A stretch of DNA of 64,000 nt from NCBI GenBank assembly GCA_041664265.1, contig JBAYLD010000004.1, positions 33,470 through 97,469 of the forward strand, written 5' to 3'. Shown one piece after another: positions 16,516 to 24,271 of this stretch. Each line of letters starts with the position of its first letter. The first letter of the stretch is position 1. This stretch comes from Minisyncoccota bacterium. GTDB taxonomy: Bacteria > Patescibacteriota > Minisyncoccia > Phycocordibacterales > Phycocordibacteraceae. A program made the translations under genes and the position numbers. Under the pieces are notes generated by a model. That model was given only the letters and a program-made list of their open reading frames with translations, ran no database searches and was not told the origin of the DNA.

Positions 16516-19311
16516 ATGCGCGCTCAAAACGCCGCGTTATTTTTTATCATCATCGCGCTCACGGTGAGCGCGCCGCTCGGCGCGTTCGCTACTCCATCGA
16601 TCATCTCTCAATATTCAGGCGTAACCCAGCCATATCTGGAGCGGATGAATATACATGTTGGAGTTGCTGATCATCGCTACTTCGTGGCGACGGGGACGGT
16701 ATCCAGCATCGCACTGACGCTGGCAACTTACAAAACCACGTTCACCGGCACAGAGACATTCCAACTTCGGCTCTATAATCAGTATTATAGCCAATGGATT
16801 GATTGCGAAACGCCCGTTAAGACCATCGACGAGTGGGGAATGACGCACCTGCCGAGAGATCCGTATGCTCCCCTGGTAATGTTTGGCCCTTTTACCGGCA
16901 CACAGTGCGATGTTACCGGCACCTTTACTCCTGGGGGTGGTCCGAATTCAGGAGTCGTCTGGCCGATTCTCGACGGTAAAACCAACTACACTGATTTTCC
17001 CGGGCGCATGGGTAATAATCTCCGTTCGAATTTTACCGTGTACGGAGCTGATATCCCTGAACCCGACCCTTGTGCGACGCCGGGCGTCTGCGCTTCAAAC
17101 GTGTTGTTCTTGCCCGGCATACAGGGCAGCCGGCTGTATGAAGGGACCGGGTGCGGGAAGAGCGCCGAAGAGAAATTGTGGGAGCCGCTTGGGGATTCGC
17201 TCTTGAGCATCTTGCGCGGGGCGGGGGACGCGAAGATGCGCGGATTATTTCTGGATGATGCGGGAGAGAGCGTGTGCAGCGATGTATACACAAAAGAAGG
17301 TGATGTGATCGGCTCGGTGCGCGGTGACCCTATCTACCAATCATTTATTGACGCGATGGACGAGCTCGCCGCCGGCGGCGATATCACCGACTGGGAGCCG
17401 GTCGCCTATGACTGGCGGCTTTCGCTCGATGCCTTGTTAGACAAAGGCGCAGCGCGGGAAGGGAACCTCTATTATGCGGGGGGAGACACCGGCGCGACGA
17501 GCACGCCCTATATCGAGCAGACTCTCCGCGCGCTTGCCGCGAGCTCCAAGACGGGGAAGGTGACCATCGTGGCGCACTCTAACGGCGGCCTCGTCGCCAA
17601 GGCTCTGCTGAAGAGGCTCGGCGATGGCACAGCCTCACTGCTGGTGGACAAGGTGATCATGGTGGGCGCGCCGCAGAGCGGCGCGCCCGAGGCGTTTGGC
17701 GCGGCTCTTGTCGGGCACAACGCGGGCATTTATAAGTTCGGCTTCCCGATCGTCTCCAACGCCGTAGCGCAGGAGTTCGCCAAGAATGCGCCGATGACGT
17801 ACCACCTGCTCCCGTCAGATAGGTATCTGGCGAGCGTCGCGAGCGATGCAGATCACCCCGTCGCCCGCTTTAGGGGCGACGCCTACGCCGGAGAGATCGC
17901 GGCATACGGCGCCACCATAGGCGACACCACCGAGCTTGGCGACTTCATGCGCGCGTCCTCGCTCAACGCGTCGCTCATCGATTATGCCAACACGGCGCAC
18001 GCCGCGCTCGACGCTTGGGCGGCACCCGAGGGTATCGAGGTGAGCCAGATAGCGGGGTGGGGAGCCGACACGATCGCGGGGATAGACTTCTATACGCCGC
18101 CGCCCGTGAACGCGCTCACCGCTCTCGAGCCGATGCGCCGATATCGGCCGATCTTCACCGAGGACGGTGACGGCACGGTCCCTGTCCCGAGTGCGCTCAT
18201 GATGTCGGAGGGCGAAAATGTGAAGAGGTATTGGGTGGATCTTCATGCTTACAATCTCGAAACGAACTCTGGTCGAGAGCACAAAGATTTATTCGAAATC
18301 CCTTCATTGCAAGATTTTATTAAAAACATCATCACCAACAGCACCAGCACACTCCCGGCTTATGTCTCTACCAACCAGCCATCGTCAACAACCGAAGATA
18401 AGAAGCTCACCTTCTTCCTCCATTCGCCGCTCACGCTCCAGCTCACCGATGCATCGGGTAGGGTGACCGGCCTCGCCGAGGATGGCTCGATGACCCAAGA
18501 TATCCCCGATTCGACCTATGGCGAGTTTGGCGAGGTGAAGTATGTCACCGTCCCTCAGGGCAGCGACTACGAGCTCATCCTCCATGGCCAAGCGAGCGGC
18601 ACCTTCGCGCTTGAGATGCAGGAGAGCTCGGGCAGCGTCGTCACCGCCTCGAGCGCCATCGAGAACGTCCCGACGACCGCGAGCACGCTCGCCTCGCTCA
18701 CCATCTCGGGCGGGCTCGACACAGTCTCACCACTTACGGTTGATGCAGACGGCGATGGTGCGAGCGTCATCACTCTCACGCCGAGAGTGGGCGAGACGAT
18801 AATCTATGCTCCACTCGAAGATCCCGAGCCTGTCGAAGAGTCGGTGTCAGAATCCGAGCCAGAATTGCCACCTACGCCAGAGCCAGAACCCGCTCCTTCG
18901 ATAGATCCAGAACCTGTGGCTGCGCCCGTCGAGCCAAGGAGTTCGTCAGGGGGCGGGGGAGGCGGGAGGAGGAGGGTCTCGATCCCCGATGTTGTTGCGG
19001 CACCGGTGGTGGTCACTGAAGAAGCAGTCGCGACGACCACCACACAATCAGCCGCTATCGCTACCAGCACCCCCGAGATTGCAGCCGCTCCGCGCGTCGC
19101 CCAAAGAAGAGAGAAGTCGCCAAGGCCTGTCGCGATAAACACGCAGAAGTCGAGGGAGGAGGAGCCTGCAGTACAAAAAGCGGATACAGATATCCCACAG
19201 ACCGCGGCGGCATATGATGCCGCTTCTCAACAACCGATGGTTAAGAGGTGGGGCGCGGCAGTTTATAATGGTTTCTACGGATTCTGGGTCGCGCTCAAAA
19301 AATTCTTTTAA
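16516..19311 (+). CDS. Secreted alpha/beta-hydrolase (LCAT/lipase-like) with low-complexity C-terminus
   Basis: Signal peptide, FLPGIQGS, YDWRL, AHSNGG nucleophile elbow, DGDGTVP, EH. Confidence 0.85.
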   Translation: MRAQNAALFFIIIALTVSAPLGAFATPSIISQYSGVTQPYLERMNIHVGVADHRYFVATGTVSSIALTLATYKTTFTGTETFQLRLYNQYYSQWIDCETPVKTIDEWGMTHLPRDPYAPLVMFGPFTGTQCDVTGTFTPGGGPNSGVVWPILDGKTNYTDFPGRMGNNLRSNFTVYGADIPEPDPCATPGVCASNVLFLPGIQGSRLYEGTGCGKSAEEKLWEPLGDSLLSILRGAGDAKMRGLFLDDAGESVCSDVYTKEGDVIGSVRGDPIYQSFIDAMDELAAGGDITDWEPVAYDWRLSLDALLDKGAAREGNLYYAGGDTGATSTPYIEQTLRALAASSKTGKVTIVAHSNGGLVAKALLKRLGDGTASLLVDKVIMVGAPQSGAPEAFGAALVGHNAGIYKFGFPIVSNAVAQEFAKNAPMTYHLLPSDRYLASVASDADHPVARFRGDAYAGEIAAYGATIGDTTELGDFMRASSLNASLIDYANTAHAALDAWAAPEGIEVSQIAGWGADTIAGIDFYTPPPVNALTALEPMRRYRPIFTEDGDGTVPVPSALMMSEGENVKRYWVDLHAYNLETNSGREHKDLFEIPSLQDFIKNIITNSTSTLPAYVSTNQPSSTTEDKKLTFFLHSPLTLQLTDASGRVTGLAEDGSMTQDIPDSTYGEFGEVKYVTVPQGSDYELILHGQASGTFALEMQESSGSVVTASSAIENVPTTASTLASLTISGGLDTVSPLTVDADGDGASVITLTPRVGETIIYAPLEDPEPVEESVSESEPELPPTPEPEPAPSIDPEPVAAPVEPRSSSGGGGGGRRRVSIPDVVAAPVVVTEEAVATTTTQSAAIATSTPEIAAAPRVAQRREKSPRPVAINTQKSREEEPAVQKADTDIPQTAAAYDAASQQPMVKRWGAAVYNGFYGFWVALKKFF

Positions 19312-19317
19312 TCCACT

Positions 19318-19737
19318 ATGAAAAATAAAATCACCCAACTCATTCCGGCGATTCTCGCTTTGGTTGTTATCGGTTTCCGATATTTTAGTCTCTGGTGCAT
19401 TTTTACCACTCGTGTTTGTTACAGTACTGTAATAGATCATGTAGCTCTCTCGGTAACGCAACCACTCTATAATTTCTCTCTCTTTTTCCTCCCAATCGCC
19501 CTCATCCTCATATTCATCCCGCGACACCTGTTCAACTCCTGGCTCAAGTTCGCCGCGTGGACTCTACCTATCTTACTCATACTTGTCGCGACACAGCCGG
19601 TCGTTAGTTCTTTTCTCTCAACAAATCGCGATGACGCCGCCCGCCTCGCGGGCCAAGTCTTCGCTGGCGCGAGCCTCCTCCTCATCATCTACAAATGGAT
19701 TACCTCGGCTAACCCTTCGAAGCCTCGTGCGAAGTGA
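19318..19737 (+). CDS. Four-TM hypothetical membrane protein
   Basis: Hydrophobic segments; starts 6 nt after the hydrolase stop. Confidence 0.75.
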   Translation: MKNKITQLIPAILALVVIGFRYFSLWCIFTTRVCYSTVIDHVALSVTQPLYNFSLFFLPIALILIFIPRHLFNSWLKFAAWTLPILLILVATQPVVSSFLSTNRDDAARLAGQVFAGASLLLIIYKWITSANPSKPRAK

Positions 19738-19787
19738 ACGGGGCAGTCAGACTTCCCCAAACGAGGTACACTATAGCAGTATGCGGT

Positions 19788-19821
19788 CTTCATTATGTCT
19801 TCATGATAGGCACGATAGACT
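19788..19821 (+). promoter_or_regulatory. Tandem-heptamer box plus -10
   Basis: CTTCATT-atgt-CTTCATG, 10 nt, TAGACT. Confidence 0.55.
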
Positions 19822-19830
19822 TGTGATCAC

Positions 19831-20283
19831 ATGATAAAGATACTCATCGTGCTTCTGGCGATATTCTCTCTGACCTTGGTCGACACAGCTGTCGCGAAGG
19901 ATACGCACGGCGCGAACGGTCAGCCTATACGAGAATATGAGACGGAATTTGTGAACGGGCAGAAGGTCATAAAGGAGAGGATCTCTGGCGGAGAATGGCG
20001 AGTTATCTCGAGTACGCCAACCGGAGGAGGTGCGGTAGCGCCGGCGGCGGCCGGGGGCGCTGTCGCGCCCTCTGTCGCGCCGCCGAGAGAATCGCCGGAT
20101 GCTTCGCAGCCGACAGCCCAATCAACGAGCAACGAGAATGAGACCGGGCAGGGGAGCGGTCCGTCTCTCGCTGCTCTCGATGGGAGAGCTCTGAACAAAA
20201 ATATAGGGTTTGGCATCATGGGCGCGTTGGCACTCGTCGTCGTTATTGTAATAGGGACTTTTAAAAAATACGTTCTTAGGTAG
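19831..20283 (+). CDS. Exported protein with C-terminal membrane anchor
   Basis: Signal peptide (AVA), Pro/Ala/Ser linker, C-terminal TM followed by KK. Confidence 0.7.
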   Translation: MIKILIVLLAIFSLTLVDTAVAKDTHGANGQPIREYETEFVNGQKVIKERISGGEWRVISSTPTGGGAVAPAAAGGAVAPSVAPPRESPDASQPTAQSTSNENETGQGSGPSLAALDGRALNKNIGFGIMGALALVVVIVIGTFKKYVLR

Positions 20284-20328
20284 TCGAACTCTTGGGCGAG
20301 AGCGCAGGGCAGGGTACACTATATAGGT

Positions 20329-21105
20329 ATGAGCATCATCTTCTTCGACACCGAGACCACCGGCAACGGCGACAAAGATCGCCTCTGCCAGCTCGCTATC
20401 AAAGAGCGATATGTTGACGAGCCGCTGGTCAATGCGACCTATAAGCCGCCGGTGCCGATCTCGATCGAGTCGATGGCGATCCACCATATCACCGAGCGGA
20501 TGGTGGCGGGGCGGTCGGCGTTTAAGGACGCGCCAGAATACGAGAGCGTGAAGGATCTTTTTGAGAACAGCGAGACGATTGCGGTCGCGCACAACGCGAC
20601 CTTCGACATCGCGATGCTCGCGCGCGAGGGCATCACGCCCAAGCAGACCATCTGCACCTACAAGGTCGCCTACGCGCTCGACCCGAGCGACACCCTGCCC
20701 AATTATCGGCTCCAATATTTGCGCTACCTGCTTGATCTCGACGTCGAGGCCGAGGCGCACGACGCTTGGGGTGACGTGCTGGTGCTCGAAGCGCTCTTTG
20801 AGCGGCTTGTGGCGAAGATGAAGGAGCGCCACGGGACCGAAGAAGCCGCGCTCGCCGCTATGCTCGCGATCTCGGCGCAGCCCTTGCTCTTTACCACGCT
20901 GCGTTTCGGCAAATATAGCGGGAAGCGCCTGGAGGACATCGCGAAGACCGATCGGAGCTACCTCGAATGGCTCCTAGCCGAGAAGAAAAAATCTCCGGCA
21001 GGAGAGGAGGATTGGATCTATACGCTGGAGTATTACTTAAAGCCGCAGTCGTCAGACGCCCCGCCGATTACCGCATCGGAGCATGAATCCCGTAGTAGAA
21101 TTTAG
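20329..21105 (+). CDS. DEDDh 3'-5' exonuclease (DnaQ/exonuclease X-like) with C-terminal FGKY motif
   Basis: FFDTETTG, AHNATFD, AHDAWGDV, LRFGKYSGK..YLEWL. Confidence 0.9.
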   Translation: MSIIFFDTETTGNGDKDRLCQLAIKERYVDEPLVNATYKPPVPISIESMAIHHITERMVAGRSAFKDAPEYESVKDLFENSETIAVAHNATFDIAMLAREGITPKQTICTYKVAYALDPSDTLPNYRLQYLRYLLDLDVEAEAHDAWGDVLVLEALFERLVAKMKERHGTEEAALAAMLAISAQPLLFTTLRFGKYSGKRLEDIAKTDRSYLEWLLAEKKKSPAGEEDWIYTLEYYLKPQSSDAPPITASEHESRSRI

Positions 21106-21408
21106 GTTTGGTTATGTTCTACAACTACGTACTACAGAGTAAGAAAAATAATGAATTCTATATTGGGTATACTACCGACCTAAAAAGGAGGTTAGCAGAA
21201 CATAACCGAGGGTTAAATCCTTCGACCAAGCGATATATGCCGTGGCAAATCATCTACTACGAGGCTTGTCTAAACGATGCAGATGCTAAAAGGCGAGAAG
21301 GGTATATGAAAACGACCCAAGGTGGTAGATTATTGAAGAGAAGATTGAAAGAGTTCTTATATGAATCGAGGTCGAAGGATTTAACAAACCTAAATTTCAC
21401 TACAGGAT
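21087..21408. mobile_element. Candidate GIY-YIG mini element with 24-bp terminal inverted repeats
   Basis: 21087-21110 vs 21385-21408 match 21/24 as inverted repeats; ATGAA direct repeat at 21083 and 21407. Confidence 0.6.
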
Positions 21409-21410
21409 GA
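21114..21410 (+). CDS. Small GIY-YIG nuclease family protein
   Basis: YNYVLQS..FYIGYTTDLKRRLAEHN..STK..YYEA...A.RRE. Confidence 0.92.
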   Translation: MFYNYVLQSKKNNEFYIGYTTDLKRRLAEHNRGLNPSTKRYMPWQIIYYEACLNDADAKRREGYMKTTQGGRLLKRRLKEFLYESRSKDLTNLNFTTG

Positions 21411-21805
21411 ACACCTACGACACCTATCAAACATTGATCAAACCCTCGTGGGCGCCGCCCGCATGGATCTTCGGCCCGGTGTGGACTCTGCTCTATGTGA
21501 TCATCGCGATCACTTTCGGCATGATCTTTTATCGGGCGTTCATCAAGAAGGATTTGCCCAAGCTGGTCGCCCTGCCGTTCATCCTCAACCTCGTCTTCAA
21601 CTTCTCCTTTACCTACTTCCAATTTACCCTCCAGAACTACGCCCTCGCGTCGCTCGATATCCTGCTCGTCCTCGGCACTCTCATCTGGGGGATGTCTAGC
21701 GTCTGGCGCCGCGCCCGCTGGATCGCACTCGCCAACATCCCGTATCTGGTGTGGGTAAGTTTTGCAACAGTTTTGCAACTGACGGTGACGTATCTGAATT
21801 GGTAG
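21407..21805 (+). CDS. tspO: TspO/MBR family membrane protein
   Basis: YQTLIKPSWAPPAWIFGPVWTLLY, PYLVWVSFA. Confidence 0.9.
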   Translation: MNTYDTYQTLIKPSWAPPAWIFGPVWTLLYVIIAITFGMIFYRAFIKKDLPKLVALPFILNLVFNFSFTYFQFTLQNYALASLDILLVLGTLIWGMSSVWRRARWIALANIPYLVWVSFATVLQLTVTYLNW

Positions 21806-21833
21806 CTTAATTATCTTGCTATAGTATTTCGTA

Positions 21834-22493
21834 ATGGGACTGGCTATAAAGAATCTCCCCACGCACGAGCGTCCGCGCGAGAAGCTTATCGCGAAGGGTG
21901 TGGGGAACCTTACTGATAAAGAGCTGCTCGCCATCCTTTTGCGCACTGGTAGAACAGGGAGGAGTGCGATCGATATCGCCGAGAGCATTCTCGCGAAATA
22001 TCCAAAGAAGGAGATTCTGAACATTTCGTTTGCCGATTTAAAAAAGATGAATGGCATCGGCGCAGACAAAGCATGCACACTTCTCGCAGCGTTTGAGTTC
22101 ACAAAGCGTGTACTCGATGTGCAGAAAGGCGGTCGGCCAATCATTGAGAACACCGAACAGGCACTCGCACAGCTTCACGACATCCGCAATCATAAAAAAG
22201 AACACTTCGTCGCGCTTTACCTCAACGCGCGTAACGAGCTCATTCATCGAGAAGATATTTCTGTCGGCACGGTAAACGCAAGTATCGTGCATCCACGGGA
22301 AGTGTTTGCCCCTGCGCTCGAACACAACGCCACTGCGGTGATCGTCGCCCACAACCATCCCTCCGGCTCGGCCGAACCTTCTCCAGAAGATCATGAAGTT
22401 ACTACGCGTCTCAGGGAAGCAGGGAAGCTACTCGGTATTTCGTTCGTTAATCATCTGATTGTCACAAAAGATAGCAATTCAGCCGTATTTTAG
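21834..22493 (+). CDS. radC: RadC family JAB-domain protein
   Basis: ERPREKL, ELLAILLRTG, VHPREVF, AHNHPSG...S.ED. Confidence 0.93.
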   Translation: MGLAIKNLPTHERPREKLIAKGVGNLTDKELLAILLRTGRTGRSAIDIAESILAKYPKKEILNISFADLKKMNGIGADKACTLLAAFEFTKRVLDVQKGGRPIIENTEQALAQLHDIRNHKKEHFVALYLNARNELIHREDISVGTVNASIVHPREVFAPALEHNATAVIVAHNHPSGSAEPSPEDHEVTTRLREAGKLLGISFVNHLIVTKDSNSAVF

Positions 22494-22556
22494 GTCATAA
22501 AAGTTATACACCTATTGGGTTAACAAATATTGCGTTCTGTGCTAGGATAGGATACC

Positions 22557-22877
22557 ATGGAAGTGGACTGGAGAAACGAGAGTGACCGCACGCGAGTTGA
22601 AAAACTTGCGCGCAAGAATCGGGTCACGGAGCGACGAATGCAACGTCTCGTGGCCGCGAAGAACTTCCTCGATCTCCAGCTTCCAGCCAATGGTCGCGCC
22701 CATTTTTTAAAAAGAGAGTACGAAGGGTACTTTGCTCTCGATCTGGAAAGTAAGACTCGGGCACATCGTCTCATCTGCAAACCGGCGGGCGATTTTGAAA
22801 AGAAGGGAGGACAATACGTCAAAGAGAGTATTACCAAGATAGAGATTATAAAAATAGAAGAGGATTACCACGACTAA
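22557..22877 (+). CDS. HigB/RelE-like toxin
   Basis: 106 aa, H.LK...EG.FALDL..RLI, C-terminal DYH; precedes a HigA-like gene. Confidence 0.7.
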   Translation: MEVDWRNESDRTRVEKLARKNRVTERRMQRLVAAKNFLDLQLPANGRAHFLKREYEGYFALDLESKTRAHRLICKPAGDFEKKGGQYVKESITKIEIIKIEEDYHD

Positions 22878-22878
22878 C

Positions 22879-24024
22879 ATGATTCACCGTAGCACCAAAA
22901 GTACCGGCTGGCAGCCCACTGCACTCGTTCACCCCGGCGAGCACCTTCTCGATTTCCTAGAGGAGAGTGGTATTTCGCAGGCTGAGCTTGCGGCACGAAC
23001 GGGTATTTCAAAAAAAGCCATCAATGAGATCGTAAACGGTAAGAGTCCCATTACGCAAAACACCGCCTTTAAACTGAGCAAGATTCTCTCGGTGTCTCCA
23101 GAATTCTGGATAAACCTACAGAGTAATTATGATCTGGCGCTTGCACAGAACGCAGAGTGTCAAAGGCTCGAGGGCGAGGCGGTCGCACATGCGCAAGATT
23201 TTAAGGAAACATATCAGGAACTTGAGAGGCGCGGCTTTGTGCCGGCATGCAGATGGGCAAAGAAAAACATTCTTGAGATTACGCGGAATCTCCAGCACTT
23301 TTTCGCCGTTGATTCTCTAGCGTATATTGCCGAAGACACTATGGAGTTTGCCTTTCGCAAATACAACCGAAAGAACGTAAATCAGTACACGCTCGCCGCC
23401 TGGGTACAACTCGGGAAGATCCAGGCCAAGCTCGTCGAGGCGAAGTCTTTTGATAGGGAGAAATTGAAATCGGAGTTACCGAAAATTAAGTCTTTGTCTC
23501 GCAAGGACTGGAAGGAATACGCGCCTGAGCTGGAGAAATTACTCGCGGACTGTGGCGTAGTGCTTGTTCTCGCACCTCGATTTACGCATGTGCCGGTACA
23601 GGGCGCGACGCACTGGATAGAGAGCGAGAGAGTTCTCGTGATGCTTAACACAGAGCATCAGTATGAAGACCGTTTCTGGTTCAGCTTATTTCACGAACTT
23701 GGGCATGTGCTTCTGCACGGTAAGAAAGATGTGTATGTCGACTTCGATAAAGACGGCGAAAAGACGGAAGAAGAAAAAGAGGCAGACGCATTCGCACAAA
23801 AGTGGCTTATTCAGGATCTAGACGAATTCTATGCCCTACTTAAGAAAACGGCGGATCTGGAAGGTTCTGTCAAGAAGATCGCAGATATAAATGGTGTTTC
23901 AGAAGCAGTCGTCGCTGGGCGCATTACGCACGATCATGCTACGACGCAGAGAATCTACGCGCTTATGAGCCCTTTCCAAAAAGAGAGAATCGAATACTCA
24001 AATATTACCTTCAATAACGCATAA
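22879..24024 (+). CDS. HigA-type HTH antitoxin fused to ImmA/IrrE metallopeptidase
   Basis: HPGEHL, SQAELAARTG, FWINLQ; FWFSLFHELGH (HExxH), E.EADAFA. Confidence 0.9.
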   Translation: MIHRSTKSTGWQPTALVHPGEHLLDFLEESGISQAELAARTGISKKAINEIVNGKSPITQNTAFKLSKILSVSPEFWINLQSNYDLALAQNAECQRLEGEAVAHAQDFKETYQELERRGFVPACRWAKKNILEITRNLQHFFAVDSLAYIAEDTMEFAFRKYNRKNVNQYTLAAWVQLGKIQAKLVEAKSFDREKLKSELPKIKSLSRKDWKEYAPELEKLLADCGVVLVLAPRFTHVPVQGATHWIESERVLVMLNTEHQYEDRFWFSLFHELGHVLLHGKKDVYVDFDKDGEKTEEEKEADAFAQKWLIQDLDEFYALLKKTADLEGSVKKIADINGVSEAVVAGRITHDHATTQRIYALMSPFQKERIEYSNITFNNA

Positions 24025-24028
24025 ACGT

Positions 24029-24220
24029 ATGGACACCTGCAAAAAGTGCGGAAGTAAGAATGTGATGGGAGTCGAGTACAGTTGGGACAGTCCGGAGCAT
24101 TATGACGGTGTGAGCGAGGTGGAGTGCCGCGACTGTGATGCCCGCTTTGGCCGTTGGAGCGGCAAAGAGCTGACAGAAGGCGAGGCAGAAAAAGCATCTG
24201 CACGCTTTGCGGTACAATAA
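24029..24220 (+). CDS. Small zinc-ribbon protein
   Basis: CKKC...YDGVSE..CRDC. Confidence 0.65.
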   Translation: MDTCKKCGSKNVMGVEYSWDSPEHYDGVSEVECRDCDARFGRWSGKELTEGEAEKASARFAVQ

Positions 24221-24271
24221 TCTTCATGAAGCACGAACTTTTTGAGCAGGTGAAGAAGGTGTTGGAGAAGG

